Positions 37,519 to 45,837 are shown, counted from the first letter of the stretch. The stretch is 64,000 nt of DNA from a virus (IMGVR_UViG_2595698612_000001:10520-74519), one strand, 5' to 3'. Program-made: numbers and translations. Notes: generated by a model not told the origin, from the letters alone.

Positions 37519-38753
37519 TGAGGTACGTATTCGTTTTCGTAGATTCGGCAGGATTCGTCCGAGTAGTCATTCATTCCGACGCAGAACTCGCCGCCTGCGT
37601 CCCATACGTTCTGACAAACGAACGGGCCGTCGTAGCGAGAGATGAGGTCTTCAACCAGCGAGCGTGTCGTGGACTCGTTGTACCCCTCGATGGGGCGAAA
37701 GAAGTTCACGATAACCTCGATGGGAACCTTCTTCTGAATCAGCTCCTTCATCACGTTAATCTCCATCACGCGGCTTTCAGAACCGTAGGAGTAGGAGTCG
37801 TCGCGCTTGATGAACTCCATGATGCAGGGCTTGTTAGCGACGAGAAGCGGAATGTCGCTGACCTTGATTCGGTCGTTCGATTCTTCCCGGTATTTCTTCA
37901 CGGCTTTCGGGTCTTTCACCGACCCACGGCGCTCGCTGTACGTGCTGTCACCACCGCTGGCGTTCCGCACTTCGAGAGCTACTTCCCGGCGTCCTGCCGC
38001 TGATGGCGACCGCTCCTTCACGGGAACGGGCCGGGGGCCGCTGGTAAGTTCGAGATAGTCGTCCGGGGTGAGGTCTACCAGTTCCTCGATGCTTACCGGG
38101 ACACACCACGCGGTTTCCTCCCGGTGTTCAGCGCCGGGGTGTGGCGTGTTTGGATGCCGGACGAGTCGGGCGAGGTCGCTTGAGTCAACGTCAACCCACG
38201 GGTCGATGTTGATTCCACCAGCGATTTCGTCCAACTGCTCTATCATTTGGTTGCCGTACTTTTCGAGTCCACGCTTGAACTGAGTGTACGACCCGTTGGC
38301 TACGTCCACCGGCTCGAAGTCGAAGAATAGGTGGATTCCTTTGTGACCTGAGAGGGACGCTCGCCAATGCTGTTCTTTGCCGCCTTCGAGGATTGCCTCA
38401 GCGACCAACTGAACGCGAATCAGGAGGTCGCTCATCGAGCGTTTCCACGCATCGAGGGTTCGGTTTCGTTCGCGGTACTCGGAGTCAGCGGGAACGTCGA
38501 AGTCGATGAAGATAGTGTCTATCTTCGGGATGTTGTCCCCGTCGTCCGTGTGACCCCGAGGGAAGGAGTAGGTCGATACGAACCCGTCCTTTCCTGCGCG
38601 ACCGGCCTCAAGAAGACTGCTTACCAACTCTACTCGATTGTTCGCCGGTTCCTGTATCCTAAACCGGGTGCTTACCCTCCGTGGAGCGTCCGGCCCCACG
38701 TCGGGACACCATACTTTACTCGCTTCCCATAGAAGCTTCTCGTGATTTCCCAT
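37515..38753 (-). CDS. archaeo-eukaryotic primase (AEP/PrimPol-like, 412 aa)
   Basis: Motif I IFIDFDVP (DxD), motif II SGHKGIHLFFDF, downstream acidic motif III. Confidence 0.6.
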   Translation of the reverse strand: MGNHEKLLWEASKVWCPDVGPDAPRRVSTRFRIQEPANNRVELVSSLLEAGRAGKDGFVSTYSFPRGHTDDGDNIPKIDTIFIDFDVPADSEYRERNRTLDAWKRSMSDLLIRVQLVAEAILEGGKEQHWRASLSGHKGIHLFFDFEPVDVANGSYTQFKRGLEKYGNQMIEQLDEIAGGINIDPWVDVDSSDLARLVRHPNTPHPGAEHREETAWCVPVSIEELVDLTPDDYLELTSGPRPVPVKERSPSAAGRREVALEVRNASGGDSTYSERRGSVKDPKAVKKYREESNDRIKVSDIPLLVANKPCIMEFIKRDDSYSYGSESRVMEINVMKELIQKKVPIEVIVNFFRPIEGYNESTTRSLVEDLISRYDGPFVCQNVWDAGGEFCVGMNDYSDESCRIYENEYVPQ

Positions 38754-38878
38754 GTGTGTGAGTGGTCATTCGGTACACCTCTCGGTGAAGCTCGTACAGC
38801 CCGCGCTCTGACACTCGGGACAGTATTCGGCAACACCACCCGTCGATGCGTCACAACATCGGCAGTTCCACCGACCGT

Positions 38879-40363
38879 TCATCCGAGCGTGCCGCCAGCG
38901 AAGGCTTGCTCCGCGTCGGACTCATCCTCGGCGTCGTCGGCGTCGTCGGAACCGCCACCGTAGAGGTCTTGGGAGAACACGTCTTCCTCCTGCTCGGTCG
39001 CGTCTTCGACCTTATCTTCGAGGATGTTCTGCTTCGTGATGTTCAGCTTCTCACCCGTGAACGGGTGGGTCACGAACAGGCCGTCACCCTCGCAGAACCG
39101 CTCGATGTATTCCTCCGCAATATCCTCGGGGAGTGCCTGCCGAGCGGTTTCCTTCGTGTCCTCCACGATTTCCTCCCAGTTGAGAGTCACGTCACGCTTC
39201 GCTTGAGCCGCGAACTCGGACGCCTTCCACATCACGGGGTTCTCGTTCTGGTCTTTCCGCACGTAGCCCTTCGTGAGCATATTGTTCAGCGCGGAGTGAA
39301 CGTCCCGGTTCGTGATGTTGAAGCCACGGTCGCGCATCTCCATCTGAATCTCCGCCTTCGAGTACCCGCTGTTCGTGTCTCGAAGCATCGACAGCATCTC
39401 GAAGTCGATTTCTCGGAGGTTCAGCGCCGAGAGAATCATCTGCTCACCGAAGATTCGCATGGCGTACCACACGTCGGCGGGCGTGATTAGGAGAGTCGCC
39501 GTCTCCTTCCGGTCGGGAAGGGCGGGCGTCATTCGGTCTTTGTAGTGGAACAGAGCCACCGACCGGCAGAAGTCCAGCAGTCGCGGGAAGTCCTGACGGG
39601 CCTCCGTGAAGTGCTGAGGGAGCGGATTCTGGTTGTTCAGCGCGACCGACACCGGGTTGAGCGTACCTCCGTTCGGCCCCTCGTCGGAAGCGAACATCTT
39701 GACGGGGATGCCGGAGACGTACCGGCGAATCTCGTCGCGCTCATCCTCGGTGAAGTTATACTCGACGAGGCCCGCTTCCTGTCGTGCCTGCCGCTCGTTC
39801 ACCATCTTCGTCAGCTCCTCGCTGGCGTCGATGGAGACGACGAGAGCGCGGTTCCGAAGTTCGGGGTAGTCGTTGAGGTCTACCTGCTCGTTGTCCGAAG
39901 CCACGAACAGCACGAAAGCGTCCGGGGGCTTCAGCTCGAACGACTCGGTTTGACCGCTCGTACCGAGAGCGCGGGAGTGGGTAGCCGACTTGCCCTCTCC
40001 GTGGCGCTTCATAATTTCCTCCAAGTGCTGTTTGTCTTGAAGTGTCGCAATGTCCGGGTAACGGTGGACACGGGCCGAGTTCATCTGGTCTTCCTTCATG
40101 TAGAGGTCTGTCTTACTGGTGGAATCGGGAACCTTGAACACGAAGTCCCCCATCGTACAGTAGTCAGCCGCGTCCACCACCATGTCCTTGCCACCTCGTG
40201 AGAGGCCGGTCATAGCGACGAACCCTCCGTTGAACCACGAGAGGAACACGGTCTGAAGGGTGTCTTCTTCCCCCATCAGCCCGAAGTCCTCTTTCATCAG
40301 CGTTAGGTCGTACAGGTTCGGAATGTAGGTATCTTCCATCTGGTTGAGAACGGGTATGTGCAT
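38879..40363 (-). CDS. P-loop NTPase, putative replication initiator/helicase-like protein with C-terminal winged helix (494 aa)
   Basis: Walker A-like GLSRGGKD and Walker B-like LVVSIDA; C-terminal wHTH-like region. Confidence 0.45.
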   Translation of the reverse strand: MHIPVLNQMEDTYIPNLYDLTLMKEDFGLMGEEDTLQTVFLSWFNGGFVAMTGLSRGGKDMVVDAADYCTMGDFVFKVPDSTSKTDLYMKEDQMNSARVHRYPDIATLQDKQHLEEIMKRHGEGKSATHSRALGTSGQTESFELKPPDAFVLFVASDNEQVDLNDYPELRNRALVVSIDASEELTKMVNERQARQEAGLVEYNFTEDERDEIRRYVSGIPVKMFASDEGPNGGTLNPVSVALNNQNPLPQHFTEARQDFPRLLDFCRSVALFHYKDRMTPALPDRKETATLLITPADVWYAMRIFGEQMILSALNLREIDFEMLSMLRDTNSGYSKAEIQMEMRDRGFNITNRDVHSALNNMLTKGYVRKDQNENPVMWKASEFAAQAKRDVTLNWEEIVEDTKETARQALPEDIAEEYIERFCEGDGLFVTHPFTGEKLNITKQNILEDKVEDATEQEEDVFSQDLYGGGSDDADDAEDESDAEQAFAGGTLG

Positions 40364-40440
40364 TGCGAGCGTAATTTCAGGAACCTATTTCATGGCCTAA
40401 GCTCGGGACTATACTACTTCATCGAGCGGGAGAACAGAGC

Positions 40441-40686
40441 CTACTCGTCCTTTCGGACGTGCTTCTCCCACCGCTCCATGATGCTCCTCTCCGTCGCTTC
40501 CCACGCGAGGTCTTCCAGCGCCTCGATGACTTCCTCCGGGTCGTCAACAGGCTCGCCGCCCTCGTGGGGAATCTCGGCGGTCAGGAACGTGTGGGCCGTC
40601 GCTGGCTCGTACTGACCGAGCTGTTTCTTCTTGTCCGTACCGACCTGTACCTCCGTCACGTATTGCTTGGCGTCGTCCTTGTCCAT
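40441..40686 (-). CDS. hypothetical acidic protein (81 aa)
   Basis: GAGTCTTTA motif 25 nt upstream of ATG. Confidence 0.4.
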   Translation of the reverse strand: MDKDDAKQYVTEVQVGTDKKKQLGQYEPATAHTFLTAEIPHEGGEPVDDPEEVIEALEDLAWEATERSIMERWEKHVRKDE

Positions 40687-40717
40687 TTCTAAGAGTTAGG
40701 GGCGTGTTTCCGAGTCT

Positions 40718-41671
40718 TTACATCCGACGCTCGATTTCTGCAACCACCGCATCGAGGTCGTAGTCAGCGTCACCGACTTCGCCGTTCACGAGCTGTTCGA
40801 CGTTCTCCGGGTTCGTCTCGCCCGTGTTCGCCATGAAGTCGATAATCTGGTCAGCGGCCTGCGGGACACCCTCGGGAAGCCCCTCGTCGTCGCTCTCGTC
40901 GCCACCGAGCGAACCACCGGAGTCACCGGAGGACTCGTCGCCGCCGTCGCTGTCACCGCCGCCGTTGTTAGCGATGGTGATACCGGCCAGCGTCTCGGCG
41001 TCGAGAACCTTCGCGTCCGTGTATTCCACGTAGTCGTCTTCGCTCTCCGCGTCGTCCGGCAGGAAGCCGTCCTTGTAGTAGGAGAGGATGATACGGCGGC
41101 CTTCGAGGTCGTCGCGGAGTTCGAGAGCGTCCTCGTTCAGCCAGTTGTAGTTGTCGTCCTTGTCGTCCACGGCGTCGTGACCGGCGGGAGTGACGACCTT
41201 GGCGAAGGTGCGGTTCTTCGTCCCGTTCGAGAGCCACAGCGTACAGTTGCCGAGGCTCACCGGGTCGTCGCCCTCCTGAACCGTCTCGGAGAGTTTGTAC
41301 GTGAAGTCGTTGCTCCCGAACTGCTCGTTGTGCCGGGAGGGAACTTCGTCGCCGCTCACGTCCTCCGCGAGTGCGCCGTTCTCGTCGGTGGCGAACCACG
41401 TATCCCACCCGAAGACCTTGACCGTATCATCGTCCGGGTCGCCGGGCGACCGCTCCATCACGATTCCGTCGATTACCTCCACGTCGTCGGCGTCCACGAT
41501 GAGGGACTGACCGTAGGACGAACCCGTGTATTCCCCGAGACGGGAAATCTTGAACGAGATGAAGGCGTAGTTGTTCATCTTGAGCGAAAGGCGCTCCTCG
41601 AAGTCGCCGCCATTCGCTCCGCTGTTGTTGTTGCTACCGCCGCTGTTGTAGTCGGTGTCGAAAAGGCTCAT
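40718..41671 (-). CDS. hypothetical acidic protein (317 aa) with Gly/Asp/Ser-rich C-terminal tract
   Basis: Long coding ORF, first gene after the tRNA cluster. Confidence 0.5.
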   Translation of the reverse strand: MSLFDTDYNSGGSNNNSGANGGDFEERLSLKMNNYAFISFKISRLGEYTGSSYGQSLIVDADDVEVIDGIVMERSPGDPDDDTVKVFGWDTWFATDENGALAEDVSGDEVPSRHNEQFGSNDFTYKLSETVQEGDDPVSLGNCTLWLSNGTKNRTFAKVVTPAGHDAVDDKDDNYNWLNEDALELRDDLEGRRIILSYYKDGFLPDDAESEDDYVEYTDAKVLDAETLAGITIANNGGGDSDGGDESSGDSGGSLGGDESDDEGLPEGVPQAADQIIDFMANTGETNPENVEQLVNGEVGDADYDLDAVVAEIERRM

Positions 41672-41752
41672 TATGTTGAACTCTGGTTTCTCTGGTTCTG
41701 GTCGTTGGTCGGTACGTAGCCAGCTACGGCATAGGTATTTGCGCCGTAGAAA

Positions 41753-41823
41753 GTCTGGACGGACGGAATCGAACCGCCCTTGGGAGGGTTACAGCCTCCG
41801 CGTTCGCCTTGAACACTTCCAGA
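41753..41823 (-). tRNA. tRNA-like gene, possible tRNA-Tyr(GUA) with non-canonical acceptor/D-arm
   Basis: Perfect anticodon arm GGAGG-CTGTAAC-CCTCC and T-arm GGCGG-TTCGATT-CCGTC. Acceptor 6/7 bp and D-arm short (GTTC-AAGGC-GAAC). Boundaries approximate. Confidence 0.35.
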
Positions 41824-41903
41824 AATGGCCTATGATTGGGGGTGTCCACACCGCGTGAACGGGAGTGGCTACAAAGGTACGGCCAGCACCTCGCGTAGCC
41901 AAG

Positions 41904-41976
41904 CGCCGAGGACGGGACTCGAACCTGTGGCTACCTGATTAACAGTCAGGCGCTCTACCAACTGAGCTACCTCGGC
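41904..41976 (-). tRNA. tRNA-Asn(GUU)
   Basis: GCCGAGG acceptor, D-arm GCTC-AGTTGGTAG-AGCG, anticodon arm CCTGA-CTGTTAA-TCAGG, T-loop TTCGAGT; acceptor ends complementary. Confidence 0.85.
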
Positions 41977-42003
41977 AAGAGAAGGGGAGGATTGGGTGCT
42001 TGT

Positions 42004-42058
42004 CCTCACTCTATTAGATGTGGGACTAAGACTTAAAGATACCTATTTGAGTCTTAAG
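42004..42058 (+). promoter_or_regulatory. composite operator/promoter element, copy iv; heads tRNA-Asn and downstream leftward genes
   Basis: CCTCACTCTATTAGATG ... GACTTAAAGATACC ... TATTTGAGTCTTAAG. Confidence 0.55.
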
Positions 42059-42139
42059 AGTCGTCGGGAGGGATACCCCGCTCGATGAAGTGAATTGGAA
42101 GTGGAGAACCGAAGCCGGGGAGAGAAATGATAGAAGACA

Positions 42140-42349
42140 TTACTTATCGAAGCGGTTGACCCACGTAGAGAGATTCTTGACGGAGAGGCCGTCAGAGCGA
42201 ATATCGTCAGCGAGAGAATTGATAGCAGAGAGTAGAGTAGAATCGTTCCACGAGGCGGGGTAGTCGAGAGAGATGATGTCCACCTCGTCGCCGTTGCCGA
42301 AGGGTTCGAGAGTCGCTTCGAGGTCGCCGGAGGTCTGAGTGTAGCTCAT
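42140..42349 (-). CDS. hypothetical protein (69 aa)
   Basis: Coding-like small ORF. Confidence 0.35.
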   Translation of the reverse strand: MSYTQTSGDLEATLEPFGNGDEVDIISLDYPASWNDSTLLSAINSLADDIRSDGLSVKNLSTWVNRFDK

Positions 42350-42477
42350 GCGGGAGTGTTGATGGGATTCACGACGTGGTTCGGCTCCGCAGAGGGAGCG
42401 AGCGGGACTTCCGGGCCGGTGGGAGTATCGAAGGAGACAGCGCCGACGCCACCCGCCGGAGGGAGGTCGTCGTCCAT

Positions 42478-42885
42478 TTACTCCTCCGCGAGAGCGTCGA
42501 AGTTCGGGACGACCGTGCCGTTCACTCGGTTGCCGGGAACGGACATTCCCGTAAGCTCGAACACGTCGGCCACCTTTTCGATACCGAACGCATCGAGCAG
42601 GTCGAAGAACTCAGCGGAAGCATCCTCGATTCCATCAGGGAGGTCGAACTCCAAGTCTGCCGGGTTCGGGCCGTTCTCTGTGTACGTGGGAATGACCACG
42701 TACAGGTCTTCGGTCAGCTCACCACGGTCGATGAGTCTCGGCTCACCGAGCTGAATCTGCACCTCGAAGCCGGAGTCGGTGCGTTCCGTGATTGCGTTGA
42801 AGACTGCCTCCGCCCCACCGAGGTCGAGGTAGTCGTATTCGTCGCCGTTGCTACTGAACAGTAGGTTTCGGATGAAGCCAAACAT
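42478..42885 (-). CDS. hypothetical acidic protein (start trimmed to MFGFIRNLLF, 135 aa)
   Basis: Start preceded by the ACCAGAGAGAAA leader motif. The N-terminal extension in the track is Arg-rich and unlikely to be real. Confidence 0.45.
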   Translation of the reverse strand: MFGFIRNLLFSSNGDEYDYLDLGGAEAVFNAITERTDSGFEVQIQLGEPRLIDRGELTEDLYVVIPTYTENGPNPADLEFDLPDGIEDASAEFFDLLDAFGIEKVADVFELTGMSVPGNRVNGTVVPNFDALAEE

Positions 42886-42967
42886 AGTTTCTCTCTGGTT
42901 TCCAGCAGATAACCGCCGCTGGCACGGCTTAGGTAGCGTAGTACCGAATCCCCTATGACGGAGGGGA

Positions 42968-43039
42968 GAGCAACCGGCGGGAATCGAACCCGCAGAGCGT
43001 GGCTTTCGCTTCGCCCCCATTGCCAGTAGGTGTCGGTTG
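42968..43039 (-). tRNA. tRNA-like element: perfect 7-bp acceptor stem and T-arm, non-canonical D/anticodon region (anticodon undetermined; possible pseudo-tRNA)
   Basis: GCAACCG...GCGGG-TTCGATT-CCCGC-CGGTTGC-T. The internal 40 nt do not give a standard cloverleaf. Confidence 0.4.
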
Positions 43040-43115
43040 CGAGTCGCGGATTGCCGCGCCCACGCCCATCAAGGGGCATGGTCACGCGGCCTCCACCGGG
43101 GCGACTACCCGGCTC

Positions 43116-43186
43116 ATGCGACCGGAGGGAATCGAACCCTCGTTGGCGGCTTGGAAGGCCGCCGTGATACCACTACACTACGGTCG
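43116..43186 (-). tRNA. tRNA-Gly(UCC)
   Basis: GCGACCG acceptor, D-arm TAGTGTAGTGGTATCAC, anticodon arm GCGGC-CTTCCAA-GCCGC, T-arm GAGGG-TTCGATT-CCCTC, 3' CGGTCGC-A. Confidence 0.85.
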
Positions 43187-43196
43187 CAAAACGGAG

Positions 43197-43331
43197 AACG
43201 AGCGTTCTACTCGTTCTTCATTTCGTACATCGTCTCCTCGTGTTCCAGCTCAGCCTGCCGCCGGAAGTAGCCGAACGCGACCACCGTAACCACGGTCACG
43301 AGGAACAGCCACAGAAGAATCAAGAAGACGA
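43197..43331 (-). CDS. small membrane peptide (44 aa, not in track)
   Basis: MFKVVFLILLWLFLVTVVTVVAFGYF... lies directly downstream of the SPFH gene. Coordinates approximate. Confidence 0.3.
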
Positions 43332-43342
43332 CTTTGAACATC

Positions 43343-44218
43343 CTACTCGTCCTCGTCGTTCGTGTCCTTCACGAGAGTCGGAGTTTCGTCGGAGGGGAGG
43401 TAGATGGTCTTCCCGTCCGAGTTCTTGATTGCCTCGATGTAGCGAATCTGGATGAGTTCGGGGTTGTTACGAACGGACTCAGCGACGATGCGGTTCGCCT
43501 CTGCCTCACCGCGAGCCTTCTCGATTTCGGCGCGAGCCTCCTGCTTCGCCACCTCAACCTCGGCCTCAGCCTTCAGTTCGCGCTGTTGGGCGACCTCCTT
43601 CTCGGTGATGGAACGCTCGTAGGACTCGGGGAAGTTGACCTTCGTAATCTGAACGGAGTCCAGAACGAGTCCCGTCTCAGAGAACTTCTCCTCAAGCTGT
43701 TCACGAGCATCCATCGTAATCTCGGTCTGACCCTGCGACGTGTAGACCTCGCTCGTCGGCATACTGCCCGTGGTCACGAGCATCTGCTTGGCGAGCGTCG
43801 TCCGAATCATCCGCTTCTCGGCGTTCTCAAGAGTGCGGTAGTCCGTGTAGAAGTCAGTCACCGCCTCCGGGTCGTTCGGGAGCTGGTAGCGAACGGTCAC
43901 GTCGAAGGTCGCCTCCACACCATCGGCGGTTTTCACCACGATGGGGTCAGCATATTCCTTCGCGCCCTCTCCGGGGTTCGAGGTCATGGTGTACGCCTGC
44001 TGTCGGGTGGAGAGCGTCACCACGTCGTTCTTGACGGGAGTAATCCAGTTTGCTCCGGGCTGAATTACCTCTCCGGTTGCGTCACCCCACTCGGTGACGA
44101 CGCCGACGTTTCCTTCATCAACGGGGTTCCATGCCATCGCACCGACGATTCCCGACGTGAGAATCAGGAACGCCATTGCGACTCCGATTGCCTTCAGTTT
44201 GAAAGTAGTTAGTTCCAT
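43343..44218 (-). CDS. SPFH/band-7 (stomatin/prohibitin-like) membrane protein (start trimmed to MELTTFKLK, 291 aa)
   Basis: N-terminal TM helix, then SPFH core, then a long EA-repeat coiled coil (ELKAEAEVEVAKQEARAEIEKARGEAEANRI). Confidence 0.7.
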   Translation of the reverse strand: MELTTFKLKAIGVAMAFLILTSGIVGAMAWNPVDEGNVGVVTEWGDATGEVIQPGANWITPVKNDVVTLSTRQQAYTMTSNPGEGAKEYADPIVVKTADGVEATFDVTVRYQLPNDPEAVTDFYTDYRTLENAEKRMIRTTLAKQMLVTTGSMPTSEVYTSQGQTEITMDAREQLEEKFSETGLVLDSVQITKVNFPESYERSITEKEVAQQRELKAEAEVEVAKQEARAEIEKARGEAEANRIVAESVRNNPELIQIRYIEAIKNSDGKTIYLPSDETPTLVKDTNDEDE

Positions 44219-44270
44219 TTCGTAGATTTCTCTCTGGTCTGTTTCATAGAGCGATACACCGCATCGAGTT

Positions 44271-44290
44271 GGGAGGAATCGAACCTTCCC
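44271..44290 (-). other. isolated T-arm-like hairpin (GGAAGG-TTCGATT-CCTCCC) upstream of SPFH gene; possible tRNA remnant
   Basis: T-loop consensus is present but no complementary acceptor strands were found. Confidence 0.25.
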
Positions 44291-44404
44291 TCTAAGCGTA
44301 CCAGCAACCCGGAAAAGCCACCGCAGGGCGGTAGCTGGACACCAACGAGTTAAACCATGACAGGACTCAGCCAAGCAAACGAGTCGAGGGGGCCACCGCG
44401 ACCT

Positions 44405-44458
44405 CCTCACTCTATTAGACGTGGTACTATGACTTAAAGATACCGCTTTGAGTCTTTG
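44405..44458 (+). promoter_or_regulatory. composite operator/promoter element, copy v; heads the SPFH leftward operon
   Basis: CCTCACTCTATTAGACG ... GACTTAAAGATACC ... GCTTTGAGTCTTTG. Confidence 0.55.
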
Positions 44459-44514
44459 ACCCCGTGCTAAACAGATAGCAAAGACTTAAGCGAGCTAACT
44501 CCGTCTTTGTACGC

Positions 44515-45066
44515 ATGGCGAAGACGAAGCACAAGAATCAGGAGAAAGTCGTCAAGTGTCCCGTGGAGGGATGTGACCACGAGGGCTTATCCCGTGGGAT
44601 GCACCTTCACGTTCGTCAATCCAGCGGGAACGGCCACGGGCCGAACGGGGATGTACCCGAACACTTGGACTTTAGTGACTTGGAAGTAGTGGGGACAAAA
44701 GAAGTTGAAATGGATTACCCGTCTGAGCGCAAAGGAGAGGACGTAGCCCGTCTCTGCCCCTTCTGCCGACGCCCGTTCAGCGGGTATCAGGGAGTGATGA
44801 TTCACCTCGGTCAGATTCAGGGGAAGGAGAACCACCCTGAGGACGCGACCGAGATGGTCGATAAGGGAGACTGCCCGGTTGCTCACGTCGATGAGAACCG
44901 CAACGTGATTGAAGTGGTCGATGAGGGCGACCCCGACCTTATGCCGTCCACGGAAGACCGACGCGAAGGCTCCATCCCCCGCGCCGATGTGATTGGCTAC
45001 ATCGAGTGGGCGGAATCAGAAGGCCATCTCACGGCGGCCAACAAAGCCCGTGAAATGCTACTCTAA
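44515..45066 (+). CDS. zinc-finger protein (183 aa)
   Basis: CPVEGCDHEG...H.H and CPFCRRPF...H motifs. Confidence 0.5.
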   Translation: MAKTKHKNQEKVVKCPVEGCDHEGLSRGMHLHVRQSSGNGHGPNGDVPEHLDFSDLEVVGTKEVEMDYPSERKGEDVARLCPFCRRPFSGYQGVMIHLGQIQGKENHPEDATEMVDKGDCPVAHVDENRNVIEVVDEGDPDLMPSTEDRREGSIPRADVIGYIEWAESEGHLTAANKAREMLL

Positions 45067-45584
45067 GTCTCGATTTCGTCTCGCCACTTATTCGAGAAGA
45101 ACTCCGTCTCGTACTTCCACTTATTGATGGACGGGTCGTTACGGTACAACTCGTTCGTCAACTTCACCATCTCGTAGAAGCCCTGCTTCGTCAGGTACTC
45201 CTTCTCCCGGTACGCCGGGAGGATTTCTCCCATGAAGATGGACGCCAGCTCGCTCTGCTGAACCAAGTACGGAGCCAGCGGCCCGTAGAACCGCTCGATT
45301 GATTCAGCATCCGAGATTTTGAACAGCATCGTCGTCCCGCTATCCTTGATTTCCCACCGGACTCCCTGTTCGGAACAGTATTCCTCGAAAAGCCCGAACA
45401 CGGCGGTCTGTGGGTCGCTACGACTGATTTGAACGTATGGTTCTATCTTGTATCCTATCTTGAAGTCTTCATCCTCGCTTATTTCCACTCGGAACCGACC
45501 GAGTGAATCGACCACTCCGGCTATGTACGCTACGTCGTCCTCTTTCATACCACCCACTTTCGGGGCGGCCTGTGTTAATGTCAT
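45063..45584 (-). CDS. LAGLIDADG homing endonuclease, single-motif type (173 aa)
   Basis: AYIAGVVDSLGRF matches LAGLIDADG. Free-standing ORF antisense to its neighbours. Confidence 0.6.
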   Translation of the reverse strand: MTLTQAAPKVGGMKEDDVAYIAGVVDSLGRFRVEISEDEDFKIGYKIEPYVQISRSDPQTAVFGLFEEYCSEQGVRWEIKDSGTTMLFKISDAESIERFYGPLAPYLVQQSELASIFMGEILPAYREKEYLTKQGFYEMVKLTNELYRNDPSINKWKYETEFFSNKWRDEIET

Positions 45585-45598
45585 TCATTGTGCTGTCA

Positions 45599-45653
45599 CC
45601 AAAGACTTAGAATCGGTATCTTTAAGTCCTTAGTTACCGTCTATTAGAGTGAG
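45599..45653 (-). promoter_or_regulatory. composite operator/promoter element, copy vi (inverted); faces the AT-rich leader of gene 45838
   Basis: AAAGACTTAGAATC GGTATCTTTAAGTC ... CCGTCTATTAGAGTGAGG. Confidence 0.5.
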
Positions 45654-45837
45654 GAGTTCTTCCGAACGGATTACTACACAGTATAGTACCTACTCTACTC
45701 TAACTACTCTGATAACACTCAGTTAGCTAAAGAGACTCGATGTAGTAAACTACTATTAGTAATACACTTAGTAGTTATACTCTTAGTTATACTGTTAGGT
45801 CAGTTATCGGGGAACTCTACCTCTGAGATGATTCTAA

